Shown here piece by piece: positions 29,875 through 39,021 of a DNA stretch of 64,000 nucleotides. A model generated the notes under the pieces. It saw only the letters and a program-made list of their open reading frames with translations. It was not told the DNA's origin and ran no database searches. The stretch's first letter is position 1; each line of letters opens with the position of its first letter. The translations under genes and the position numbers were made by a program. The DNA is from Giardia intestinalis (Eukaryota). Where the stretch lies: NCBI GenBank assembly GCA_000002435.2, contig CM018791.1, one strand, 5' to 3'.

Positions 29875-32016
29875 CTACGCCTTCCCCCTGCAGAGGAACC
29901 ACCAGCAGAGGAAGCCGATGAGGCCGCCGACAACAACGATGACAGCGACGGAGATACCCGCTATGGCACCAGTGGAGAGCCCGCTCTTGTTGGTGCTACC
30001 GCTATCCTTTATGAGGTAGCAGAGGACGGAACCTTTATTGTTGGGCGGAGGGGCGCAGTTTAGGCAGCCCTTAATACCAGTGACTCCGTTGCTATCACTT
30101 TCACAAGACGTGCACGCACCTTCTCCTGATGCGGTCTTGTAGTATCCCGTAGCACACGCCTTACATGTTGTAGCTGCTCCATTACATGTTTCGCAGCTAG
30201 CGTCACACTTTGTGCACGCACTTGCACTCTTTACATATCCGTCCAGACACGTAGTACAGTCGGTACTGCTAGCACATTCCTTACACCCTTCAGAACAAAC
30301 TGTAAGGGTACCTGAATCCAACTTGTAACCATCTGCAGCTTTTTGACACGTACCACCATTTGGTGCACTAATGCAAACCGTCTTACCGGGATACTTGACT
30401 GTTTCATAGCACCCTCCGTTCATCTTAAAGTAGTTATCGGCACACGTTCCACAAACACCATTCTGAATAGGCGAGTCGTTGCACGTAGGTGTGGCGCGGC
30501 TAGCCTTTGGTGCACAGACGCCATTTTGAGGATATTCTGTCGTTGTGGCGCACTCAGAGCAGTAGCTAGCGCCATCGATAGTGAGCCCACACGTCTTGCA
30601 TGCTCCTGCTCCTGTGCCCGTTGTGCAGCCTTCTCCGCACGTGCCCTTAGTACCGTCGTCCCCGTACCTGAGTGCTTTTCCGGTGGGACACTCGGTGCAG
30701 TCGCTGGCAGTGCCTGCGCTGCATGTCTTGCAGCTTTCGTGGCACGGAGAGCACGCGTCGCCGTTTTTATAGAACCCGTCGTTGCATGCTTGGCACTGCC
30801 CCTGATCATCGCAAGTCTTGCAGTTAGCCGCAGTGCACTCTTTACAGAGTTTCTTTGCTCCTTCGGTGGCTCCATAGTAGTTTCCAATCTTAGCGCAGCT
30901 GTCTATGCACTGGCTTGTCGGCGTGAGGTATGTGCTACCATCACAGTCTGTGCAGACCTCGTTCTCCTTTCCTTCGTTGCTGCACGCCTTGCATCCGGGG
31001 GTCTTGCAGTTGCTTACCGCCTCGCACGTAGTTTTGTCGGCACTAGGCTTGTATCCATCCGTGCAGGCGGAGCATGTAACGAGGGCAGCCCCTGATCGGC
31101 CACTAACCAGAGCACACGTGGCGCAATTGGCAATTCCGTCGGTGCTGTCATTACAAGGGAGGCATTTATTTCCTGCACTGCTGTCATCCTTGGGGAAGAA
31201 GCCGTCTTTGCATTGGTCTTTTTGTACGCACGACGTGCCTTCGCTTGTGGTTTTCAGGTAGTTGTTATCGGTGCATTTTGTACACTTGATCTTCTTAGAT
31301 TGCTCATCGTAGCTACAGGTGTCGCAATTGGCAACGCCACCATTGAGGTTATCGCTGCAAGAAACACACTTGTTGCCATTCTCAGAATCATCAACTGCAA
31401 CGAACTTATTAGTGCTACCAGAATTACATTGGGCTTTATCTACGCACACGTTATCCTTGAGATACTTACTGACTCCACACTTGGTACACGTTGCAACCTT
31501 GCCGGCCTCAGCGCCGGCTGTTGCGTCAGGGGCGCTGCATTCTGCGCAGTCAGCAATGCCCTTGTATGTGTTTCCGCCAGCTGCTATTGTTACTCCAGTT
31601 GTATCGCCACATGCGATCACAGACTGTTCAGTGTTCGCCGCTCCCACCGGAGCAAAGTACCCCGGGGCCGCCTCGGTGCATACGCCATCTCCGTCGGAAC
31701 TTAAGCACAGGCTGTGTCCAGGAAGGCCTTCTCCGCTGGAATAACAGCCGTCCTTGTACATGAATGAGTTGCCTCCGCACTGCGTGCACTTCCCTGCGCT
31801 ATGTTGCGGACAAAGCGTTTTGCTTGGCCCCTCAGCGTTGACGTCTACACACTGGCCGTTCACGGGGGCGTAGTTTGCTCCGTTGCACTCAGAGCACCAA
31901 GTGTCTTGACCAATGGTGACGCCACACGTTTTACACTTTCCATCGTCAGCTTCTTGGGTGCAGGCTGTCCGTGCCAGCTGAAGGATGACGATCGCGAGCA
32001 AAAATCTGCCGAACAT
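29875..32016 (-). CDS. variant-specific surface protein (VSP)
   Basis: Begins ATGTT (MFGRFLLAIVILQLARTACTQ signal peptide). 713 aa, about 12% Cys with CXXC and GGCY motifs. TM followed by the invariant tail CRGKA. Confidence 0.9.
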   Translation of the reverse strand: MFGRFLLAIVILQLARTACTQEADDGKCKTCGVTIGQDTWCSECNGANYAPVNGQCVDVNAEGPSKTLCPQHSAGKCTQCGGNSFMYKDGCYSSGEGLPGHSLCLSSDGDGVCTEAAPGYFAPVGAANTEQSVIACGDTTGVTIAAGGNTYKGIADCAECSAPDATAGAEAGKVATCTKCGVSKYLKDNVCVDKAQCNSGSTNKFVAVDDSENGNKCVSCSDNLNGGVANCDTCSYDEQSKKIKCTKCTDNNYLKTTSEGTSCVQKDQCKDGFFPKDDSSAGNKCLPCNDSTDGIANCATCALVSGRSGAALVTCSACTDGYKPSADKTTCEAVSNCKTPGCKACSNEGKENEVCTDCDGSTYLTPTSQCIDSCAKIGNYYGATEGAKKLCKECTAANCKTCDDQGQCQACNDGFYKNGDACSPCHESCKTCSAGTASDCTECPTGKALRYGDDGTKGTCGEGCTTGTGAGACKTCGLTIDGASYCSECATTTEYPQNGVCAPKASRATPTCNDSPIQNGVCGTCADNYFKMNGGCYETVKYPGKTVCISAPNGGTCQKAADGYKLDSGTLTVCSEGCKECASSTDCTTCLDGYVKSASACTKCDASCETCNGAATTCKACATGYYKTASGEGACTSCESDSNGVTGIKGCLNCAPPPNNKGSVLCYLIKDSGSTNKSGLSTGAIAGISVAVIVVVGGLIGFLCWWFLCRGKA

Positions 32017-32425
32017 TAGGCCGCCGACCTGCTGGGTGGCGCTTCCAACGCAAAGCCCGGGGCCAGGCTACCACAGACAGCTTCTTGCGTGTCCATGGTA
32101 ACTGGCCACTAGTCTCCGAGAAGACCCCCAGATCGCCGTGGATACATGTTTATACTCTAGCATAGTATTCATAGCCTGTAGCAATCCTGTCAATATAAGC
32201 CGTACATAGCGTAAGAATTCTGTTGGTGTTTAAGCCGTAGTTACCCGTCACAAGCACTGTAATGAATGACAGGTCAGGAAGAGACAGCGAGATCGCGAAA
32301 CCAGGTTGATATGCCAGAATAAGGATGAGCACCCTTGGGTCCATAGAGCTGAGTCCTTATAGAATTATGCAAAACGACTCATCTGTTACTTAGAGGGTTT
32401 GCTGGTAACGAGGACATAATTGGAT

Positions 32426-32758
32426 CTATGCATTTGAGGAACTATCAAGAGGACTGCCTAAAGTGCTTTCAGAGCAATTTTGCAAAGAACACACCTCCTC
32501 CACAGCTACCATAGCACACCCATATGCATGCAGATAGTTACGCACACGAATAGCTTGCTTCCGAGTAAGGTGTGCTCGTTTGTAGTCATGTGCATCAAAG
32601 AGGGCTGAAAATGCCTGTAAAGCAACCTGAGAGCCCAGGCTTTCCCAGAAGTGAAGATTCATTATCGTCTTCGCACGTTCTATATGCTTAGGACCAGATT
32701 CAACGCCTTCATCCTCTGTGTCTGGGGCTGGTGCGCGAGATGGGAAAAGAATGGGCAT
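32426..32758 (-). CDS. small hypothetical protein (~110 aa)
   Basis: The ATG at 32758 is preceded by a T/A-rich tract. Divergent from the SNARE-like gene 65 bp away. The longer listed ORF (to 32866) would overlap that gene. Confidence 0.35.
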   Translation of the reverse strand: MPILFPSRAPAPDTEDEGVESGPKHIERAKTIMNLHFWESLGSQVALQAFSALFDAHDYKRAHLTRKQAIRVRNYLHAYGCAMVAVEEVCSLQNCSESTLGSPLDSSSNA

Positions 32759-32823
32759 AGGTCTTCTGTTAGATCGCAGAGAAAGAGTGAAAGGACGAGT
32801 AGAAGAAAATAAAAAACATAAAA
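32759..32823. promoter_or_regulatory. 65-bp AT-rich bidirectional promoter
   Basis: Sequence aggtcttctgttagatcgcagagaaagagtgaaaggacgagtagaagaaaataaaaaacataaaa lies between divergent ATGs at 32758 (-) and 32824 (+). Confidence 0.4.
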
Positions 32824-33486
32824 ATGGACGATTCTGGTAACGATATTGGAGAGCAGCTCCGCACAAAAATCAACTCCCTGAGAACACAGCTAGCCACACT
32901 CAAGGACAGCGCGCGCAGTGCCATACAGGACGATGATATAGCCCGCTTAGCTCTATTGCAGGGCAAGGTCACCGAGATCTCAGGGGCACTTACATCTCTA
33001 AAAGCTGAGTTCAAAGCTCTTACGTTATCTGACAACCTAACACGTGAGCTAGATCAGCTTTTAGTGTTTTTAGAGACAGGTGTTAACAGTCTTAAGAGCG
33101 AGCTCAGACAGGCAGACCGCGGGCCGGTAGTGACGACAGTTGACGTACCCACTGTCGTAACCCGAGAGGTGCTGCAGACTCTCGATACAAAGAAGGACAA
33201 CGAAATACTAAAGTTGGCGGATAATGTGAAGATAATCGCCGAGGTTAACAATCGTATCAATGAGAAGCTGGATGAGGGGGCAGAGGTCATGGAGGATGTT
33301 GACACGGAAATAGTGGCAGCGCAGGAAAAGATTGACCAGGCTGTGGGTAGAATGAAGCTCTTCCAGAGCTACATGAAGAAAACAAAGGTCCCTGCCTCTG
33401 TCTGCATTCTTACCTTCATTTTCCTGATTATCGTTTGGTCGTCTAAAGCATTCTGCTCATGGGGATTCACGTGGCAGTGTCCTTAA
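32824..33486 (+). CDS. Qc-SNARE-like tail-anchored protein (syntaxin-6/8-like SNARE motif)
   Basis: SNARE heptad region NEKLDEGAEVMEDVDTEIVAAQEKIDQAVGRM aligns with the syntaxin-6 Qc motif [29 protein letters not shown]. A C-terminal TM anchor (SVCILTFIFLIIVWS) follows. N-terminal part is coiled-coil. Confidence 0.55.
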   Translation: MDDSGNDIGEQLRTKINSLRTQLATLKDSARSAIQDDDIARLALLQGKVTEISGALTSLKAEFKALTLSDNLTRELDQLLVFLETGVNSLKSELRQADRGPVVTTVDVPTVVTREVLQTLDTKKDNEILKLADNVKIIAEVNNRINEKLDEGAEVMEDVDTEIVAAQEKIDQAVGRMKLFQSYMKKTKVPASVCILTFIFLIIVWSSKAFCSWGFTWQCP

Positions 33487-33524
33487 GCCGCCCTGCGGCA
33501 CCGCGAACTTTATGTAAACAATTA

Positions 33525-34661
33525 ATGGTATCCTTGCTTGACCCTGCCTTATCTCCCCACGGTTCGCGCTCATTGACATCGCCGCGGGTGTTGGTTGCTC
33601 TTGCGCGCTTGGGGCTGTCACCAGAAGAGCTGGAGCATGACTTACAGGCTCAGGTCCAGGACAAGAGCTGCGACCCTTATTCAAAAGAAACAAGGCATAA
33701 GTTGGATGCTGTAAAACACATGACCGAATTTGTAGACAAGTATGGTGTCACAGAAGAAGAGGGGAAGCTCTACAGCCTCGAGTCCCTTGTTTCCGCGAAT
33801 CCTCTAACAAATGAAGTTGCTGAGCTGTGCACGTCTTACAAGGCGCAGTCTATCCGGGGACTAAAGCACAAACACGACGATCTCAACGTTGAAGAGCATC
33901 CACTTGCCAACACATGGAGCAACAGGAAAAGAACGAAGCCTTCAAACTCACCAAAGAAAGCCCATGCGTCTCCTGAGTACTCACGAACTCAAAGACAGAA
34001 TAGGGCTCTATTTGCATCACAACCACTGTCATTTGACGATCGCATAGCTCAGAAGCGAGCAAGCATCAGCGCTGAAAAGGCAAGAATGATAGCCAGAGTC
34101 GAAGATGCGCTGCAGACACATGCAAGGGACATGAACGCGCAGACCACTTACCAGCAGAAGAAGGCTACCAGGCGATATGAAGCCCTTGAGCGGCTTTTAA
34201 AGGAGAAGGAGGAAGCCAGACAAGATCACCTTCTGAAGCAGCAGTTATCTGTTCAGCGCAGAGAAAACGCGGTGAAGACACTGGCGGAGATTGACCTGAA
34301 CCGATCAACGCTTCTACAGTACAATCTACACGTGAAGGAGCTCAAGCGACGACGCTTCCTAGAACTCCAAGATTGCGAACGGGAGCAGCAGAGGCAAAAG
34401 GGGCTCCTCAATAGCTTTTATGCAGATGTCGTTCGGCATCGTCGCGAGGAACGCCTGGCAAAGAAACAACAGTTGGCCGAAATGGCGATTGCGGCAAAAC
34501 AGAAGGTGTTCTCCCTGTTGAATCACCAAGCTGTCATAAATGCTTGTCACCGTGGCTTACAAATGCGGAATTCTCTTACGAAGGAGGCTACTAAATTGAG
34601 CAGCCACGCTTCCACAACCTTCGGACACTTGCCAGAACAGAGAAGTAATTGGGCTCAGTAA
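33525..34661 (+). CDS. hypothetical coiled-coil protein
   Basis: ORF with ATG at 33525 after AT-rich ttatgtaaacaatta; the listed 33459 start overlaps the upstream gene. C-terminal half is R/E/K/Q-rich coiled coil. Confidence 0.5.
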   Translation: MVSLLDPALSPHGSRSLTSPRVLVALARLGLSPEELEHDLQAQVQDKSCDPYSKETRHKLDAVKHMTEFVDKYGVTEEEGKLYSLESLVSANPLTNEVAELCTSYKAQSIRGLKHKHDDLNVEEHPLANTWSNRKRTKPSNSPKKAHASPEYSRTQRQNRALFASQPLSFDDRIAQKRASISAEKARMIARVEDALQTHARDMNAQTTYQQKKATRRYEALERLLKEKEEARQDHLLKQQLSVQRRENAVKTLAEIDLNRSTLLQYNLHVKELKRRRFLELQDCEREQQRQKGLLNSFYADVVRHRREERLAKKQQLAEMAIAAKQKVFSLLNHQAVINACHRGLQMRNSLTKEATKLSSHASTTFGHLPEQRSNWAQ

Positions 34662-34759
34662 GGGCTCGTGCAGAAACAACGAAGGATGCGGAGACCTTCT
34701 TTATATACCCACAGTTGAACCCTTGCGCCCGATATTCTAGTAATTTGCTCGCGCAAAAA

Positions 34760-35314
34760 ATGCCATTAGCCCGAAATCAACATTCCGACCCCCCGGACGA
34801 GCGTCCTATCTACATCTTCTACGTCCCAGAGGAGGAGTTCCAAGAGTCCATTGTCATGTATCTGAAGGAGCTTTCCCATGCGCGGTACATGCCAACCGGA
34901 ATCCATGCGTTGTTATCAGAATTGGACCTCTCGTCCGATGCGCATCTTGACGTTTTCATCTACACATGTAGCATACTCAAGCGAATCTCAAGGAGGAGCC
35001 CATCGTTGCTGACCATTGAAACCATATTGGATTACTTTGCTGCCTGCTTCATTATCTCGTACAGTATGCTCTCCGACCTCACCCCACCCCTGCATGAATG
35101 GGCCGACGCCCTGGGGAAGCCATATAGTGAACGAAGGCTTTTGCAGCTCCAACGGAAGGCTCTTCTCCTCCTCCACTGGAAGATCTTCATCTCTAGACGG
35201 CAGTACGACTGGATGTGCCGTGAGATCCAGCGCACTCATGCGGAGCTGGGCTATAAGCCTCCCACGCGCTCCAAACACTTCGACTACAGAGATTATTGGC
35301 GAGGCTTCCGGTAA
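34760..35314 (+). CDS. hypothetical protein, possible cyclin-box (Pho80/cyclin-U-like) fold
   Basis: First ATG at 34760 (gcgcaaaaaATG); the listed start at 34649 is TTG. LKRISRRSPSLLTIETILDYFAACFIISYSM ... RRLLQLQRKALLLLHWKIFI loosely resembles a cyclin N-domain. Weak call. Confidence 0.35.
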   Translation: MPLARNQHSDPPDERPIYIFYVPEEEFQESIVMYLKELSHARYMPTGIHALLSELDLSSDAHLDVFIYTCSILKRISRRSPSLLTIETILDYFAACFIISYSMLSDLTPPLHEWADALGKPYSERRLLQLQRKALLLLHWKIFISRRQYDWMCREIQRTHAELGYKPPTRSKHFDYRDYWRGFR

Positions 35315-35462
35315 GGCAGATAAACTAGTGTGATTTACAGTAATATACCACGTTTGACAGTGCACTAATGCTAGTTAGGTCACCATGTTAGTTGTATTTC
35401 GTAGTAATAGTAGTAAGTAGTCGAACAGTGTCGAAGATATAGCTACATCTCGCTGTGCTTAG

Positions 35463-36416
35463 TTAGAGCTCTTTCTTGTCGTTCTTTGTCTTCTTACTCT
35501 TGAGCTTCTCCAGCTGCTTCTCTAATTCTGCCACTCGCTTCTCCAGCGTGAGCATTCTCGATCGTGTGGCGGTATTTGGAACGGACGATCCAGCAGATCC
35601 CTTGTCTTCTTTGCCTTTTTTCATCTTCTCCTCTGCCTGCTTAATGTGCTCTTCGAATGCTTTGCTCGTTTTGTCTTGTGCTTCCCGTCGTCGATCCAAA
35701 GTCTCCTTGTCCGATTTGATCTCTGCTTGAACAAAAGCGTCGACATCTGCACCAGCCTGACCACCCAGATAGTGTGTCCATATTCCATTGCTATAGACAG
35801 CAAACGTCGGGACTCGGTCTATGTGCACCGCGCCACACTCTTTGAGCATGTCGTCACAGTTGAGTGCGTAGAACTGTACGGACGGGTCAGCAGCGTGCAT
35901 TCTCGTTGCAGAGCGCAGAATGGAGATTGCCGTACTCGGACACGCTGCACATTTCTTCCGCGAGACGAAAAGGACCGCGGCGCCAGAGTGAGTCCCGTTA
36001 TCAACTCCCTTCATGACACTCTCCAGAGACGCGTCCGAGACTACGAGCGAATCATCGTAAGGTGCAAACTTATAGCGGATGTATTCTGATATTCCTGCAA
36101 GAGTAAATTCTCCTCTATACCTCTCTGCGTTCATCTCTTCGTAGACTAGAACATAGAGCGCCGGAAGGTTTTGAAGGTCAGGTGTCCCAAATATCTGCGC
36201 GTTGGCTTCGTCGTCCTTGTCAACCAGGAAGGTGTTATTGTGCAGGGCCATGACAGCATCTATTACCTCGCGCTGGTCATCCGTCAAGCCCGAGGAAGAT
36301 CCAAAGAAGGTGATCACGTCACCGGTGAGGGCTTTGATCTCGTCAAACTTCTTAATTGTAAGAGTGCAAAATGTGACAAGCAAGAGAAGCAGGAGCATTT
36401 TTCGAAACCTTGGCAT
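35463..36416 (-). CDS. secreted/ER thioredoxin-domain protein (PDI-like, single domain, CAAC motif) with a C-terminal coiled-coil
   Basis: Signal peptide MPRFRKMLLLLLLVTFC. Thioredoxin-fold pattern AAVLFVSRKKCAACPS...VQFYALNCDD...VPTFAVYSNG, with CAAC in place of the usual CGHC/CGPC. K/E-rich tail. Confidence 0.55.
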   Translation of the reverse strand: MPRFRKMLLLLLLVTFCTLTIKKFDEIKALTGDVITFFGSSSGLTDDQREVIDAVMALHNNTFLVDKDDEANAQIFGTPDLQNLPALYVLVYEEMNAERYRGEFTLAGISEYIRYKFAPYDDSLVVSDASLESVMKGVDNGTHSGAAVLFVSRKKCAACPSTAISILRSATRMHAADPSVQFYALNCDDMLKECGAVHIDRVPTFAVYSNGIWTHYLGGQAGADVDAFVQAEIKSDKETLDRRREAQDKTSKAFEEHIKQAEEKMKKGKEDKGSAGSSVPNTATRSRMLTLEKRVAELEKQLEKLKSKKTKNDKKEL

Positions 36417-36524
36417 TTAGTATCTATTATAATGTGACATGTCACATGAGTAATTAATAATCAGTTAAAATCACCATGCTCTTAAGGATTCATTTTTGTA
36501 TCGTTCACAATCACTACAGGCTCG

Positions 36525-37793
36525 ATGTGGTGCAGGATCAACCCTAAGTATCATACCTTGCTCCTCATTATAGTGATGATGACCACGGGAACCCTCAACA
36601 CCGTTTCCAGGAAGATTTCATACCAAATGGAGGGTAAGAACATCGAGGGTCAACAAGAGCCATATAACAAAGCGTGGATAACGACTTTCTTCATGTTCGT
36701 TGGCGAAAGTATCTGTTTGGCCATCTTTTACATAAAACGATGCCTTGTTAAGCGAAATGTTTCTATGACGTCTCTCGATATGACTGCTAATGAGGTGACT
36801 GAATACGAGCAGGAAAACATTACGATCCTCAATGACATTACGCACACGTCTGTCTACACAGAGGCAGCTGAGCCTCCGCAGGACACTCAAACGACAGTGA
36901 CAAATTTGAGGAAGCCTGTAACAGGGTCGTTACCCTATTGGAAATTCGTGTTTGCGACGGCTTGTTTCGCTATTCTAGATCTTGTGCAGACAACGGCCTT
37001 CAATATAGCCATGGTATATGTGCCGGCGTCTGCGGCCCAGATTCTCCGAGGATTCGCCATAGTCTTCTGTTTGGTTCTCGCGATCCCCTTGCTGAAGAGG
37101 AAGCCGAAAATGTGGGAGATTATGGGGGTTTGCTTTGCGTTTCTTGGGCTAGCTCTGGTCGGTATTGCCACTACCATCCAGGAGCAGAACCTAGGAGAGT
37201 ATGGAAGCACATTTACGACTATTATGGGTGTTTTCCTTGTAATTTCTGGCCAGCTTTTTTCTGCGACGCAGTTCCTCATGGAGGAGAAGATTCTCAAGAG
37301 TCAGGACATAGACCCCCTAATGGTTGTCGGCTGGGAGGGTGTCTGTGGCGTGATTCTGTCGCTGTGCGTTGCGTGCCCGCTGGCACACGTGATACCTGGC
37401 AGCGACCACGGGAGCCTGGAGAACTATGCTAACTCGTGGTATATGTCCTTCGTCAACGGGAGCATCATAGCCATGAACATCCTGTATGTGTTGTCCATTC
37501 TCTTCTTCAACTGGTCTGGGCTGACTGTCGGGAAGTCCCTTACGTCGACCCATCGGTCTCTGTTCGACAATTTGAGATCGCTGTTGATATGGGTCATCAT
37601 GGTCATAATATACTATTCGACGAGGCACTACAATCGCCCGTACGGGGAGCCCCTCACCCTCTACTCACTTCTGGAGCTGTTTGGATTTGGGGTAATGATC
37701 TTGGGCGTCATGATTCACAACGACGTCCGTGGGTTTGGCGCGAAGGCTACGTGCAGAGATGAGCGAAAGACAAAATATAAATCCTTTAAGTAA
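36525..37793 (+). CDS. DMT-superfamily transporter, SLC35F6-like
   Basis: About 10 predicted TM segments. N-terminus LLIIVMMTTGTLNTVSRK...FFMFVGESICL matches the SLC35F6 start (lLmxxtGslNtlxxK ... MFlGExlCL). Confidence 0.6.
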   Translation: MWCRINPKYHTLLLIIVMMTTGTLNTVSRKISYQMEGKNIEGQQEPYNKAWITTFFMFVGESICLAIFYIKRCLVKRNVSMTSLDMTANEVTEYEQENITILNDITHTSVYTEAAEPPQDTQTTVTNLRKPVTGSLPYWKFVFATACFAILDLVQTTAFNIAMVYVPASAAQILRGFAIVFCLVLAIPLLKRKPKMWEIMGVCFAFLGLALVGIATTIQEQNLGEYGSTFTTIMGVFLVISGQLFSATQFLMEEKILKSQDIDPLMVVGWEGVCGVILSLCVACPLAHVIPGSDHGSLENYANSWYMSFVNGSIIAMNILYVLSILFFNWSGLTVGKSLTSTHRSLFDNLRSLLIWVIMVIIYYSTRHYNRPYGEPLTLYSLLELFGFGVMILGVMIHNDVRGFGAKATCRDERKTKYKSFK

Positions 37794-37992
37794 TGACAAT
37801 TGATAGAATTATTACAGGGTGGCTGTTGACCTAAGTTATAGTTCTGTCCTTTAAGCTTGTTGTTTTTAGAGATACTTATGAACCTGGGTATCAGTTAATC
37901 AATAAGTGAATGTTGAAGGATAGAATCGTCAGTAGCCTTTTTTCTAAAATTCGTCGGTATCCAGGCATCATTCACACACACGGTACTTCCTT

Positions 37993-39012
37993 ATGCTGAG
38001 CTCTGTTTTTCTTCCAGCATATTACACCGGTACTACAGATGTCATCAACGGACTAGAAAGTCTCGCTGCGCAGAGAACTTGCAGCAAGCCTCGAAGGAGG
38101 CACTCCATACGCAGTTATAGAGCAGCTTCTATAGACCCAGCTGAAGTAGAACAAGAATGTCCACCACCATTGCCGCCGCCACTGCCTAGGCCAAACACAA
38201 TTTTAGATTTTATTCATTCACCTTTACGGCCTATAGAGGCTAGTTCACAAAAGCAGAGGCGCAGCGTTAGTGAACACCCTGCTCGCCACCATGGTGTCCG
38301 CCCCCCTATCTTAGATGCATCCATTTCTCAGCCACCCCAGATCCTGGAGTCTCTTCCTAAGAGCCGGTCCTTCAGCGAAGAGCCTGGCCCTCCCGAGAAG
38401 CCTCGCTACCCAAAGGCAAGGATTTCTGCAGACAGGCTAGATAGGCTCTACAGGACATACAGCAGAAGGTTCACTACGAAGATAGCAAACCAGAAACGGG
38501 CCACCAGTGTAAACAGTTGGTCTCAGAAGAAGGCCGAGAAAGATAGAGAAACGCTCGATGCAATAACCAGAATAGAAAGCACACCGTGTATGTTCGGTAG
38601 CCCACAGGACCTCGATTCTCTAGCTGTGCAGAAGGCTGAGGTCGTCAGGGCCATAAGTTCCCACAAGGGGAAGAAGCTGACAGAGTCCGCCGCTTCTCTT
38701 GCCGGGGATAAAAGTTTACACTGCCGCAAGTCGTACCTGGGAAAGTATTACTCGCTTCGTTACCTCGACAGGATTGCTGAGTGTGAAGCAGACAAGGCCA
38801 TCATTGCAAACGCAAAGAAGGTTGCTGCGGATGTGGGGCTTGCAGACAACTCCAGCACAAAGCTATGGGCTAAGATAACCCTGGATGAAGATGAAGGAGG
38901 ATACAACATCAGCATACGCGCACCCCTCGATTTCCTCTTTGAAAAGTCCCCTGTCCACGACACACTCCAGACCATATACGAGACAGCATCTGAGCGGAAT
39001 ATGTACACATAA
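37993..39012 (+). CDS. hypothetical protein with a proline-rich PPPLPPPLPRP motif
   Basis: 339-codon ORF with true ATG. Its stop is only 9 bp from the stop of the convergent P4-ATPase gene. Confidence 0.5.
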   Translation: MLSSVFLPAYYTGTTDVINGLESLAAQRTCSKPRRRHSIRSYRAASIDPAEVEQECPPPLPPPLPRPNTILDFIHSPLRPIEASSQKQRRSVSEHPARHHGVRPPILDASISQPPQILESLPKSRSFSEEPGPPEKPRYPKARISADRLDRLYRTYSRRFTTKIANQKRATSVNSWSQKKAEKDRETLDAITRIESTPCMFGSPQDLDSLAVQKAEVVRAISSHKGKKLTESAASLAGDKSLHCRKSYLGKYYSLRYLDRIAECEADKAIIANAKKVAADVGLADNSSTKLWAKITLDEDEGGYNISIRAPLDFLFEKSPVHDTLQTIYETASERNMYT

Positions 39013-39021
39013 TCACTGCTT

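Noticed and set aside
32150-32344. 64-aa hydrophobic minus-strand ORF in the VSP upstream region.
   Set aside because: No AT-rich initiator context and a low-complexity hydrophobic translation. Likely spurious.
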